From Centroscyllium fabricii (Eukaryota), in assembly GCA_051313645.2 (NCBI GenBank), contig JBNRSN020000011.1, positions 37,758,001-37,822,000 of the forward strand: a DNA stretch of 64,000 nucleotides. Reading direction: 5' to 3'. The position numbers and the translations under genes were made by a program. Below, piece by piece: positions 22,375 through 35,359 of this stretch. Numbering within the stretch: position 1 is the first letter of the stretch; each line of letters starts with the position of its first letter. The notes under the pieces were generated by a model. That model searched no databases. It was given only the letters and a program-made list of their open reading frames with translations, and had not been told where the DNA came from.

Positions 22375-23669
22375 TATTAAGAATGTGTTTTCCTATTTAA
22401 CTTAAAGCAAACTTCAGATATGTACAGTGAGCACTAGTGCCCGGACTTTTACATGACCTGTGCCTGTACAAATCATTTGCAAAAAAAACTCGAGCATTTA
22501 CAAGGACTGGAGATGCTCATTCTTAACCGGAAAAAAGGGCCTTTTTTCTGTTGCCTTCGGACCAGCATTCGTATTCCGTTCAAATCATTTTGACCTGAAG
22601 CTGATCTCCCTGGTGTTTTCCATGGGATTTTCCAACCAAAGTAGTTCACACATCTGGTGATATCCAATTGCAGTTGGAGATGTTCTGCTGGGATTCTGGT
22701 CCAGCTGTTTACAGTAGGTAATTGAAAATCTGTTTGATTCAGTGCTAATTTTAACCTCAAATAGCGTAGCAAGCAATGTAAAAGAAAAAACTCAACCAAC
22801 ACTCTGTCAGAGCGAAGATCTTCGAAATTTGATAGGGCAGCTGGTTATGTGGGCAGCACTGAATTGTAAAATAATATAGATGAGACAAATCTGATTGTGT
22901 TCTCAAATGAGATTTACTAGCTTTGCAGTCTATTTAATGCTTTTAAACATGGTAGCTAATGCCCGGCAGATACCCTGCATGGAAATCCAAGTTACAGTTG
23001 TGATGCAGTTGGGGCGGGGGATGAAGGAATGTCATCATCTACTGCAGCTCCACTTGGGTTTTCTGAAAGGGGATGATCACTACTAAATCTTAGGAGGCGT
23101 GAGGTTGAATGTTGAACTGGAAAGGCTGTATTGTACGGGTCATTTTCATGTTTGTTGAGAAGTTAATTTTGTTCATGACGCTTGCTTGGTTGCTCTCTTA
23201 ATCCCCATTGAGCTCCTGTTCACCCAACTTCCCTTCTTCAGCCCCCCCCCCCCCCCCGAGCTGATGTTGCAAACCAATCTCTCGCGTCCGGCATTGTCCT
23301 CATCATTGTCATCATTACACTCCTCAAAAAAGTGCATCCTTGAACCCTCTTCTAGTTAACTATTGCCTTGTCTCCAGTCTTTCATTTCTATCAAAGGGAC
23401 TTGAATGTGTTGTTGCCTCCTAACTCTTTGCCGATCCCTCAATCTGATTTCTGCTCCTCCCACTGAAATGGCCTTAACTAAAGTCACAAACAACATTCTC
23501 TATGCTGTGATGGTGCATTATCCCTCCTCGTGCTCCTTGACCTGTTCCCCCACTCCCCTGCAGCCTTTGATGCAGTTGACCACACCACCTTCCTCCATCA
23601 CCTTTCCTCTGTTCTCCATAATCAGTGGAACTGTCTATCCACCACACTCTCCACCCCTCCACTACCACT

Positions 23670-26305
23670 ATAGCTAACAAAAGAAATTAAAGCTAGTATT
23701 AAGTCAAAGGAGGAAACTTATAAAGTTGCCAGAAAAAGCAGTCAGCCTGAGGATTGGGATCTTTTTAGAAATCTGCAAAGGGAGACCACGAAATTGATAA
23801 AGAAAGGAAAAATGGAATATGAGCACAAACTAGCAAAATATAAAAACAGATTGTAAAAGCTTCTATAGGTATGTGAAAAGGAAAAGACTGGTGAAGGTAA
23901 ATGTAGGTCCTTTACAGTCAGACTAGAGAATTTATAATGGGGAAATGAGGAAATGGCAGAGAAATTAAATAATTACTTTGTTTCTGTCTTCACGGAGGAA
24001 GACACAAAAAACCTCTCAAATACGAGAAAACCAAGGGTGTGGTGAGAATGAGGAACGTAAAGAAATTAATAGTAAAATAAAACACTACTAGCAAAATCAA
24101 CGGGACTAAAAGTCAATAAATCCCAAGGACCGGATGACCTACATCCTAGGGTTTTGAAAGAAGTGGCCATTGGGATAGTGGACGCATTGGTTGTCATCTT
24201 CCAAAATTCTATAGATTCTGGAGGGGTTCCTGCAGATTGGAGGATAGCAAATGTAACCGCGCTATTTCAGAAAGGAGGGAGAGAGAAAACAGGGAACTAT
24301 AGACCAGCTAGCCTCACATCAGTAGTTGGGAAAATGCTGGAATCCATTATAAAGAATGCAATAACTGGGCACTTAGAAACTAATAAGTTTGGGCAGAGTC
24401 AACATGGATTTATGAAAGGGAAATCCTGTTTGACAAACCTATTGGCATTCTTTTGAGGATGCAACTAGTGGACTAGACAAAGGGGAACCGGTAGATGTGG
24501 TGTATCTGGATTTTCAGAAGGCTTTCGATAAGGTCCCACACAAAAGGTTGGTGAACAAAATTAGGGCACATGGAATTGGGAGTAATATATCAGCATGGAT
24601 TGAGAATTGGTTAACAGACAGAAAACAAAATAGGGATAAACGGGCCTTTTTCAGGATGGCAGGCTGTGACTAGTGGGGTACCACAAGGATTGATGCTGGT
24701 CCCCAGCTATTCAAAATCTATATCAATGATCTGGATGAGGGGACTAAATGTAACATTTCCAAATTTGCTGATAATACAAAGCTAGGTGTCAGTGTCAGTT
24801 GTGAAGCAGCTTCAAGGGGATCTCGACAGGCTCAGTGAGTGAGCGAGAACATGGCAGATGGAATACAATGTGGATAAATGTGAAGTTATCCACTTTGGTA
24901 GAAAAACAGAAAGGCAGAGTATTTCCTAAATGGTGAAAGATTGGGGAATGCAGATGTTCAAAGGGACCTGGGTGTGCTTGTACATGAGTCACTGAAAGTG
25001 AATGTGCATGTGCAGAAAGCCATTAGGAAGGAAATTGGTATGCTGGCCTTCATTACAAATGGATTTGAGTACAGGAATAAAGAAGTCTTACTCCAGTTAT
25101 ATAGGGCGATAGCAAAATACTGCAGATGCTGGAAATCCAAAATAACAGCAGAAAACGCTGGAGAAACTCAGCAGGCCAGGCAGCATTGGTGGAGAGAGAA
25201 ACCGAGTTAACGTTTCAGGTCGATGACCTTTCTTGAGAACTGGAGCAGCCAGGAGGGGAGATAGATTTTAAAGCTTGTAGGGGCTGGGGAAAGGCAGGGG
25301 TCGAAAGAACAAAGGAAAGATCAGAAATTCAAGGAACACAGGATGGCTCTGGATAGGGCTCTCGAGGAACAACACCTCATCTTTTGCTTAGGCACTCTAC
25401 AGCCCTATGGACCAAACATAGAGTTCAACAATTTTAGATCATAACCTCGGCCCCCACACTCTGCCAGAGCCGTTCACACCTATCCAGAGCCATCCTGTGT
25501 TCCTCGAATTTCTGATCTTTCCTTTGTTCTTTCAGCCCCCCCCCCCCCCCCTTTCCCCAGCTCCTACAAGCTTTAAAATCTATCCCTCCCCCCCCCCCCC
25601 CCCCCCCCCCTCCCTCCCGGCTGCTCCAGTTCTGAAGAAAGGTCATCGACCTGAAACATTAACTCTGCTTCTCTCTCCACCGATGCTGCCTGGCCTGCTG
25701 AGTTTTTCCAGTGTTTTCTGTTGTTGTTCCAGTTATATAGGGCCTTGGTGAGACCACACCTGGAGTACTGTAAAATTTGGTCTCCTTAACTAAGGAAGGA
25801 TATACTTGCCATAGAGGGAATGCAACGAAGGTTCACGAGATTGATTCCTGGGATGGCGGGACTGTCTTATGAGAAGAGATTGAGTAAACTTGGCCTGTAT
25901 TCTCTTGAATTCAGAAGTATAAGAGGGGATCTCATTGAAGCATTCAAAATTATTACAGGGCTTGATGGGGTGGATGCTGGGAGAATGTTTCCCTTGGCTG
26001 GGGATTCTAGAACCAGGGGCACAGCCTCAGGATAAAGGGTAAGCCATTCAGGACTGCGAAGAGAAGACATTTCTTCACACACAAGGTGGTGAATCTTTGA
26101 AATTCTCTACCCCAGATGGCTGTGGAGGTTCAGCCATTGGGTATATTCAAAATGGAAGTCGATAGATTTCTGACTAGTAAAGGCATCAAGGGATGTGGCG
26201 ATAAGGCCGGTGATGGAGTTGAGGCAGAAGATTAGCCATGATCTCATTGAATGGTGGAGTAGGCTCGATGGGCCAATAGGCCTACTCCTGCTCCTACTTC
26301 TTATG
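23670..26305 (+). mobile_element. CR1-type LINE, 5'-truncated and decayed
   Basis: ORF2 remnants NYRPASLTSVVGKMLESII, QHGFMKGKSCLTNL, DLGVLV, QRRFTRLIPG; 3' tail; TSD TACCACT (23663-23669 / 26306-26312). Confidence 0.92.
25108..25727 (+). mobile_element. Penelope-like element (second family), inverted pLTRs, nested in CR1
   Basis: 16-bp TSD TCCAGTTATATAGGGC (25092-25107 / 25728-25743); inverted arms flank the C-terminal fragment LEEQHLIFCLGTLQPYGPNIEFNNFRS*; hammerhead motif at 25628-25664. Confidence 0.9.
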
Positions 26306-27249
26306 TACCACTGTTCTATCCAACAGCTTGCCTGACATCCAATATTCCATGAGCTGTAATTCCTTCCAGCTAAAGACTGAAACCACAGTTATCGGCCCCT
26401 ATCCGGACTCCACTCCATCACCGACTCTCTGAACCTCTTAGGCCACTGTCTTGGCCTTAACCATTGTTGACAGTCTTGAAGTAAACTGCAATCCCATACC
26501 CTCTCCATCACAAAGACTGCCTTCTTCCACCAATGTTGCATTACCTACCTCCACCCCTATCTCAGCCCATCTGTGCTAAAACCCTCATTCATATCTTTGC
26601 CACCTCCAGCCTTGACCACTCCAATACTCTTCCTGGCCCTCCTTCCTCCACAAACTTCAGTTTGTCAAACTCTGTTGACCTACTCACCCATCTCTGCATT
26701 GTCCCTGACTGGCATTGGCTTCCATTTCTAATCTACCAATGTCTCATATATGAACTTCTTGTTGCTGTCTTTAAATCCCTCCTAGGGCCAGGGCCAGGGC
26801 CTTGCCCTTCCCTACCTCCATCTCCTCCATCCCTACAATTCTTCCAGAACACACACTTTCTCTGACACCGGCCTCTTGTGAATTCCCCTCCCTTTGTCTA
26901 CCATCGGCAGCCATGTCATCAATTGCTTAGGTCTCACTCTCGGGAATGCCTTCTCCCAAACCCCTCTGCCTTTCCACCTACCACCCTCCTTCCTTAAAAC
27001 ACCTCTTGTTTGCCAATTGTAATCTCTCTCTGTCTTTGGCTGGATGTCTCTTTTCCACCACCCTGATATGCCTTGGGACATTTTTCTATGTTAAAGGTGC
27101 TATAGATATGCAAGAAGGTGGTGGTTGTAGAGTTTGTTGCTCCAGGAAGAGATGCAATTCCTTAGCTTTGATAGTTTAAAAAAATAATAATTTGGGTGTA
27201 CAAAACTGGAGTAGTCATTTACTAATTAATGTAAGCCAAGCAATGCATA

Positions 27250-27372
27250 GGAACAGGAATAGACCCCTCAACCTCTCAAACCAGTTCCACCATTCAATTA
27301 GATCATAGCTGATCTTAACTCCATCTACCTGTCTTGCTTCTGTAACACTTAATACCCACCCTTTCCTAAGAC
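27250..27372 (-). mobile_element. CR1-type LINE 3' tail remnant
   Basis: GGAACAGGAATAG...CCACCATTCAATTAGATCATAGCTGATC is the reverse complement of the common tail. Confidence 0.65.
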
Positions 27373-27416
27373 TGATAAACCCAGGATTCGGAGCTGTAAA
27401 GCCTTGTTTCACCTCA

Positions 27417-27973
27417 AGGCCCTGTCACACCTAGACGTTTTAGCCAGCGTATGCAAAATTGGCTAAAACGCTGGGTTACGCTGAACTTTGGGCGTTTAAT
27501 AGCGTATTCATAACGAGTTGGACGATAACGTATTATACGGTAGCAAACACGTTCAGTAAGTTCTGTGGTCGTCAATATGCGTTGGAGATACGTTACACAT
27601 AGGTTCAAAGCACGTTACTCATAGGTTAGAAATAAGTTCCGGGTACGCTTAGAAATTATCTCGACGTCTTTTGACTTATGACTAACTTACAAGTAACGTG
27701 TGTCGACGTGTGTCAACGATCGCCTAACGTGCCTACAACGTATGGCCAGCGTATGCGGAACGTGTGAATCATACGCAAGATACGTCGAGAAATTTTGTGC
27801 ATGCTCAAAATTTCTCGACTTACTCGAAGTACAAGGACGTATGCAACTTATGGCCAGCGTATGACAGCGTGCTCTTAACGTATGCATAACGTACCCATAA
27901 CGTATCCGACGTAACCCAGCGTTTTAGCCAAATTTGCATACGCTGCCTAAAACGTCTAGGTGTGACAGGGCCT
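27417..27973. mobile_element. PIF/Harbinger-like MITE with 64-bp TIRs and ACGT/CGTA-rich interior
   Basis: AGGCCCTGTCACACCTAGACG... TIRs at 27417-27480 and 27910-27973, 62/64 identical; flanks TCA / TGA. Confidence 0.85.
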
Positions 27974-28609
27974 TGAGTAAGCTATTTGCAGAGGCGGTAC
28001 CAGAATCTGCTGTAAGAGAATTAGATGTACAGAGAATTTAATGTTTTGTTGCTATTAATAACCGGAATAGCGAACTTCTGAATTCCCTCCAGATCCAGGG
28101 AATCCAAAAGAGGTTGTCTTGGATTCAGGCAATTGGGAAGTGTGAGAAGTCTGGCAGAACAAGCATGCAAGCAGTCTCCACTGTCAAATTCTCCGTACTG
28201 TAGCATGATTGTTTTTCCTGCTGCAAAAACTGCTCCTGCCCCATCTCGCAGCTTCTGTTCCCTCCCCTCCCACCACCCCCACCAACATCAGACAACTCAT
28301 CATCCATGCTGTTGCTACAGATGCTGCGGAATCGCTTTTCATTCCAAATTTCAAGAATGCGTGTAGGGGTTGCACACGTGTGTTCAAAAGTTTTTAAACA
28401 AAGATTAACTTCAAGTGGCAGCAAGGAGCAGAATCAACAGCCCAGGAAAGTGGGGAAAACTGCTGTGAAGGATGGTGGATGGTCAAGTTTATTCCTTACC
28501 TCCCTGTAGCTGGTGCATTTCAAACTGAAGTGGGTGGACTATTGGATCAGCTCAATTTCCAGCTGTTAAGCCACATCTTGCAAAACCTACCCAACCTGAT
28601 TTACGTACT

Positions 28610-28850
28610 ACATAGAATTCATTCGGCCCAACTGGTCTGTGCTGGTGTTTTATGCTCCACAGGAGCCTCCTCCCACCCTACTTCATCTAGCTCTATCCGT
28701 ATACCCTTCTATTTCTCCCTCATGTAGTTATCTAGCTTCCCCTTAAATGCATCTGTGCTATTCACCTTAACCGCCCCCTTTGTAGCGAGTTCCACATTTC
28801 CACCACTCTCGGGGTAAAAGAGGTTTCTCCTGAGTTTTCTGCTGGATTTA
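28610..28850 (-). mobile_element. CR1-type LINE 3' fragment
   Basis: CATTCGGCCCAACTGGTCTGTGCTGGTG...TTCCACATTTCCACCACTCTCGGGGTAAAAG, homologous to 35557-35830. Confidence 0.7.
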
Positions 28851-29036
28851 TTGTATTTCCTCACTGTTTAATGCTCCTATCGTGAGATGATACTGCCTCG
28901 CCTTCACCCCAATAGCTTTTTCATACGTACCAGCAGTTGGCCTCTCAAAATTTAAGTGACGACCACACTTTTCCCTCTGGTGGTGTGGTACTGAGAAGCA
29001 CACAGTTAGAGCTGCATTGATGCTTTGTAATAAAGG

Positions 29037-30110
29037 CAAGGAGTCACACAACACCAGATTATAGTCCAACAGTTTTATTTTAAATCATAAGCTTTCGGTG
29101 CTTCTGCCCCTTCATCAGATGAAAGAGAGAGACTGACTTAAAGAACGCACGTGTGATGAAGAGAGAAATCTGATATCTCCCACATCTCACCTCCGTAGAG
29201 CTAGACACACAAAGGCTTATTAACATATTTTAAGTGTTTCATTTAAGCATAGCATATATAGAGAGAGATAACAATGTGGTCTCTCCAGTTGTTTCACATC
29301 ACACCTCAGCTGAGGGACATCAAAGCAGTCAAAGGTTTTCCAACATATCAAAGGTTGCAGTCACAAAGGGTCAAATGTTAGTCTGCTTTAAATCCCACAT
29401 GATTTTTTAAAAACCAGGATTTTTCTTACTTAAAATCGCAGAACAAGCCAGCGGTCAAGGACATTCAGCTTCCGATCTTCGGGTGAGCATTCTCCAGGGT
29501 GGCCTTCGAGATACACAACAACGCAAAATCGTCGAGCAGAGGCTGATGGCCAAGTTCCGCACCCATGAGCACGGCCTCAACCGTGATATTGGGTTTATGT
29601 CACGTTACATGTGACCCCGCCTGACAGAGTCATCCAGACTCAAACCATCTTTGGCTGGTTCTGCGATTTTAAGTAAGAAAAATCCTGGTTTCAAAAAAAT
29701 CATGATGTGGGATTTAAAGCAGACTAACATTTGACCCTTTGTGACTGCAACCTTTGATATGTTGGAAAACCTTTGACTGCTTTGATGTCCCTCAGCTGAG
29801 GTGTGATGTGAATCAACTGGAGAGACCACATTGTTATCTCTCTCTATATATGCTATGCTTAAATTAAACACTTAAAATATGTTAATAAGCCTTTGTGTGT
29901 CTAGCTCTACGGAGGTGAGATGTGGGAGATATCAGATTTCTCTCTTCATCACACATGTGCGTTCTTTAAGTCAGTCTCTCTCTTTCATCTGACGAAGGGG
30001 CAGAAGCTCCGAAAGCTTATGATTTAAAATAAAACTGTTGGACTATAATCTGGTGTTGTGTGACTTCTTGCATTTGTCCACCCCAGTCCAACACCGGCAC
30101 CTCTACATTA
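29037..30110 (+). mobile_element. Penelope-like element with about 415-bp inverted pLTR arms and a C-terminal ORF fragment
   Basis: 12-bp TSD TTGTAATAAAGG (29025-29036 / 30111-30122); arms 29037-29450 and 29652-30070; spacer encodes SGQGHSASDLRVSILQGGL...EQRLMAKFRTHEHGLNRDIGFMSRYM* (29450-29614), like a GIY-YIG C-terminus. Confidence 0.93.
29985..30022 (+). ncRNA. Minimal type I hammerhead ribozyme motif
   Basis: UCAU-CUGACGA-A-GGGGC(AGAA)GCUCC-GAAA-GC-UU-AUGA. Confidence 0.75.
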
Positions 30111-31839
30111 TTGTAATAAAGGGGCACACTTGCTGATGTGATGTGATTTCCATCCACTTTCTGCCCTCTTGATTAGAGTGGCCATCTTTGGAATTCCATT
30201 TTGTTTAGAATATAGATACCAATTGTATCATATGTTTCATAAGTTTATTTTTATTCTGTGTTTGTTATTAACAGGCGCAATGACCTTTTGTGCTGCAATT
30301 GCCGATTCTGTAATGGAATTCAGGAGTGTGTTTTGGGTGCACTCATACCAGAACCGAGCTCTCCTCGAGCCATTTCAAGAATTCAACATATAGCACCATT
30401 CATTATAGGTTTAAAAGGGGTGTGGGGTGAGGGAGCGGTAGGGAGGGAAGAAATGGTTTCATTGGCAAATTTAGTTCCAATTTTGTGGCAAATTCCTCCA
30501 TTATAGTTGCGTGAAAGTGTTATGATTGAGTTCGTGAACAACTGTTAAATTTGCAATTAATGACCAACAAACTTCAATTTAATACCAGAGTGGTACCCTG
30601 CCATCCTTTCTTGAATACAATGACTTTACACAGTGAATGTTGTAATACTCTGTTAATCGTGGACAGAGTCCTTTGTTGCGATAATAAAGAAAGGCCAATC
30701 GGCCCATTACGCCAGTTCCTCCGAGTGTCTCTACTTCCCCCTCATACCACCTGGTTATCCTCTATTTTAAGTAACACAAAGGTCCTTTCCTCCCCCCCCC
30801 CCATGCCCTTTAAAATAGATTAAGTTATTAATATCTTCGAACTTTTCACCTCCCTTCTGATATCAATCCAATAGTAAAAATTGCCCAAGTTTGGAAATGG
30901 TTCATGCATTAACATAACTCTCTTGATTGGGACTAACTGGATTGCTCTTCAGAAGGAGTCAGCGTAGATTCGATGGGCCGAATGGCTTCCTTCAATGCTG
31001 TACTATTTTATGATTAAATTGAAGAAACTTGCTTTTTTCATCTGTCCTCTATTTAATACAACAGATATACTCCATAATGCAGCTCATGTAGTTTGAGTCA
31101 GTGTGCATCAGAATGTTCATGGGGTGTAAACTCCTGTTGCTTTGCCTTTTTTTCCCCCAAATGTGCCATGCCACACCGTTTCCCAGCCTTCCACACGTAT
31201 CACTTTTGCATGCTCAGGTTTGCAAAGTGAATCTCCGTCTGTTTTGTTCCTTGCCTTTCTGTGGAGAAGTGACTGGCCTTGTCTCAGTTCTTCCTCCGAG
31301 CTTGACTCTGCACTACTTCAGGCTGTAATTGGGAGATTGTAGCCAGTAGCCCAGCCCATTTCCCATCATATATAATGGCAAAATAGCTTCTGCAATATTT
31401 GCAGAAATTCCTTCTCTTTTAAAATGTCTTTTCTTTGTTTGTGTTCTCTTACTACTTTGCATTTTTACTGAATATACAAAAGTTGTGACTGTGGTGCCAA
31501 AAGTCTCAAGTCTGTAAATGCCATCTGCTTTTCCTATTCTGGAAACATAGTGTTGGATTGTCTGTATGTCAAGCTCCCATGGCATAGTGCAGTAATTCAT
31601 AGCTGGAAGGTCAAGAAGGTACAATTGAGGTGCAGCAATTCCTCTTAAATCTGCCAAAAGTTTTTTTTGAAAACGATGTTCTACACTTCAGCACACAGAA
31701 ACCTACCCAGATATTTTAGTGTTCAGGTTGTGTCTGAATTCCTGTAGCTCTCGGCATTGGTCACTGATTGGAGAATAGCACTGTATCACAATATTATAGG
31801 AAGCTGTAATTGTTAAATAGAAAGCATGTTGCACATTCA

Positions 31840-32010
31840 AGACATAAGATACATTTAAGGAGAAGCTAGATGAGTACATAAAGGAGAAAAGAACAGAAGG
31901 ATGTGCTGATAGTGTTGTATGAGGTCGTGTGGAAGGAGGCTTGTGTCGAGCATAAACACCGGCACACACCAGTTGGGCTGAATGGCCTGTTTCTGTGTTA
32001 ATTCTATGTT
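31840..32010 (+). mobile_element. CR1-type LINE 3' tail remnant
   Basis: ATAGATACATTTAAGGAGAAGCTAGATGAGTAC-like start ... GGGCTGAATGGCCTGTTTCTGTG. Confidence 0.65.
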
Positions 32011-33362
32011 TGCAAGTTACTAATTATAGCCCCTGATTGTTTTAGAATATACTTTAAGAAAGACTTGCATTTTTATATTGTCTTTCACAACCACTGGGCG
32101 TCCCAAAGTGCTTTACAGCCAATAATGTACTGTTTTGAGGTGTTGTCACTGTTGTAATGTAAGAAACTTCGATTACAAAAGAACAATATTGTCACTGTGG
32201 TTGTCGGGTTATAAACCAAATAAAATGAAGTATGTCCTTTGTTGACAACCCCATGTTGGGATCTGTGGCTGCATATTGATATCTCGGTCTGTGGCAGTTA
32301 CTGGCACAAATTACACACTTGTTAAATAACTGGGACTGGGAAAGTGTAACACTTGGATTCCAAGGTCCACAGCCATGTTACAGCCATCCTGCAAGGATAC
32401 CACCCATAAAATCCCGAATCGTGATTTATTTTTTGATGAAAATGAAATGTTTTGAATATAAATCCTGGGATACCAGTTACTTTTGCAATAGCGGATCTTC
32501 ATAATTTGTGGAAATGTGGTGATGGACATTTTAACTTAAGTATAGAGCCTTATTAATATGTATATTTTGTGATGAAGCAATCTCTTGGCCGCTTTTTCCT
32601 TTGCCGAATGGGGGTGATATAGGCCCCAGCAGATCTGATGCTTTGTCTATCCGATCTGATGCCATGCTTCATATTTAAACCTAGCCAGTAACACTCAGCA
32701 GGCTATTTGACCATGAATAGCCTCGCAGCTGAGCCTGATCTCTCTTCTCCCCCCGCCCCTGCCCACCCAAAATTTCTTTTCACAGATGTCCATTAACCAC
32801 CAGGTAGCTATCAGGAACCCCTCTTGTGGCCACCTATCACAGCAGCTGAGATGAGCTAACTCTGCCTTTGAGTAGGGTAAACAAATTGTGGCTCTAGTCG
32901 CAGTGACTTTTTGCTTACTTCAGCGGCGTCCTCTGCTTTTTCAGCTGTGCTGTAATTCTGAATGAGGTCCGAATGGATTTTTTTTTTGTTATTGCAAAAT
33001 CTTTATTTTGCACTGTCTGAATGTGGTTTTTTTCCCTAGTTTAATGGTGAACACATGTTCAGGCTTCTGACATCTGGACCTGAACGAAATAATAATACGG
33101 GTAGCCTGAAAGCTAAAGTGGGGAGTTGCACGCTGCTTTTATCCCACATATTTCCTGAGTGCGCTACAGGCTCATAGGCATTTTTTTTTCTGCGGATATT
33201 TTTTTTCTTCCTTTTTAGTAGACTGTAAAATGAGACTGCTTGGTATTTCTACTTGTGAAATGCAGATCGTGGAGCCGGACAGCAACATTTTAGAGAGTAT
33301 CTGCAAGATAAATCTACAAAATGCCTAGGAAAGGAGCAGAGTAACATCGAGCACATAGTTTA

Positions 33363-34505
33363 ACATCTACATCCACGACCTCCCAGACACGCTGTCCAAG
33401 AAATATGGATATGCTGACGACCTCGCCATTCTTCTGTCCAACAAGAGCTGGGAGACGATCGAACTGGGGCTTACGGCTGATATGAACATCCTGTCAAGCT
33501 ACCTGACAAACTGGCGCCTTAAGCTCTCCGTGGCCAAGACCATGTCTTCCGCATACCATCTAAACAACCGAGAGGCAAGCCACGAGCTCAACATCATGGT
33601 TGACAACAACAGACTCCAGTTCCAGGCTGCCCCGACGTACCTCGGGGTCAAGCTTGACCGCACGCTGACGTTTCGCCAACACCTGGAAAACTTGTCCGCC
33701 AAGACATCGGCCCGCGTCGCCCTAATACGCCGCCTAGCTGGTACCACCTGGGGTGCCTCGACCAAGACACTGCGCATCTCCACCCAGGCATTGGTCTTCT
33801 CCGCCGCCGAGTACTGCTCCCCAGTCTGGTGCAGGAGCTCCCACACCAAGAAGCTGGACACAACGCTCAACACCGCCTTACGCACAGTCTCTGGCTGCCT
33901 GCGCGCCACGCCGGTCAACCAACTACCGATACTCGCCGGCATCGCACCACCAACCCTGCGCCGTGAAGCAGCTGTCCTTGCACTGTCCCGAAAAGCCACC
34001 AACGATGAGGACCACCTTCTCCACAAGTTCGTCACAGAGATCCCTCCACGAGCTCGCCTGAAGTCACGACGCCCATTCGCGGAGCACGCCCACCAGCTCC
34101 TGCATTCAACACCCGGTGATGTCACAAAACGAACCTGGCTCAAACGCCGCTGGACGAAGGAATGGCAGGCAGCAGATCAATCAAGGCTGCACAGATTTGT
34201 GGAGGAGCCGGATGAACTACTGGGCATGGACCTCCCTCGCCGGCAGTGGACAATGCTCAACCGCCTCAGGACTGGTGTCGGCCGTTTCGCCGCGACCATG
34301 AAAGGATGGGGACTCAGGGACTCGGCTGTCTGCGACTGTGGTCACCCTGAACAGACAGTCGATCACATCATCGAGTCATGTCTAAAACATCGACCACCCA
34401 ACGGCGAAGCCGGCATAGCTGCTCTAGACGACGAAACGCTAGCATGGCTTTCCTCAACCGAGCTGGTGATCTGACAACGGAATACTGAAGCAAACGAAAG
34501 AAGAA
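33363..34505 (+). mobile_element. Vingi/Ingi-type (I group) non-LTR retrotransposon, 5'-truncated, ORF uninterrupted
   Basis: 14-bp TSD GAGCACATAGTTTA (33349-33362 / 34506-34519); frame open from FNIYIHDLP...YADD through YLGVKLDRTL, LAGTTWGA, RLKSRRPF, RLRTG, CDCG..QTVDHII..C to the stop at 34474; GAA-repeat tail. Confidence 0.88.
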
Positions 34506-35359
34506 GAGCACATAGTTTAGAATCCAGTGCCTGGGTTTAATTGCCTATCACGACCTCTCTCTTATCTCATTACCATCCGTCATTATTCGCTCTTCACCTT
34601 TTTGCTTTCATATTGCCACAATAAATATGAAATGATCTGGCAGTCAAATCCATGACTGAGCACCAGGCATATTACCTCTGCTTTCCTTCATCCTGAAGAA
34701 CTCACGACTCTGATAGCTTAGCTGGACATTATCTCCTTTGCTGGGCTAATCTAAGTTGCACCTCATAAATTGAAGTTGGATAATACAAAAGTATTATTAT
34801 CCTTTTTTTTACTACTTGCCAATTTTCTTCCCTCCCTTCCAGTGCTGATGGTCTTGGCTCCTTGCCAGGGTATGATTCTACAGGTAACCTCTGATGCCAT
34901 GCTCAAGCGGATATTACACTTGAGTGAGCCTTAAAAGGTCAGATAACCCAAGGAAGACTACAGCCAAGGCTGACCCCATCCTCACTCGATGTCCATGTGT
35001 TTTTCACTTTTTGGCATTCAGAATGAGTCTTCGATGTGCATTCCCCATGTTTACGCACTTCTTGCAGCCCTGGTTCAAATGTTTCTGGCAGTGTCACTGA
35101 ATAGCTGGTTGAAGTTGATGGAGCTCATGCCATGTGTCACGATGGTTTAAGACAGACTAGCCAAAGAGGGGTAAAGCCTCCACACCAGTGTACTTTCCAC
35201 TGGGTATTACTGGATAGTGATTGGACCCATTCTCCCTCCCGAATCGAGAAGCAGCAAAGCCAATCGTGATTACCATACCACTGGCCCAGCATAGACTTGG
35301 TGCTTTTGTGGCTCACTTACTGAATGAAATCACAGACATTGGAAGAGTCTTGTTGGAAA

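Larger units (their letters stand above)
23260..27120 (+). mobile_element. Degenerate L2-type LINE split by a CR1 insertion
   Basis: TEMALTKVTNNIL near 23460; resumes after 26312 (AKTLIHIFATSSLDHSN, WHWLP); L2 tail ...TATGTTAAAGGTGCTATAGATATGCAAG near 27090. Confidence 0.72.

Noticed and set aside
33499-34143. 214-aa minus-strand ORF
   Set aside because: Antisense shadow of the GC-rich Vingi RT frame.
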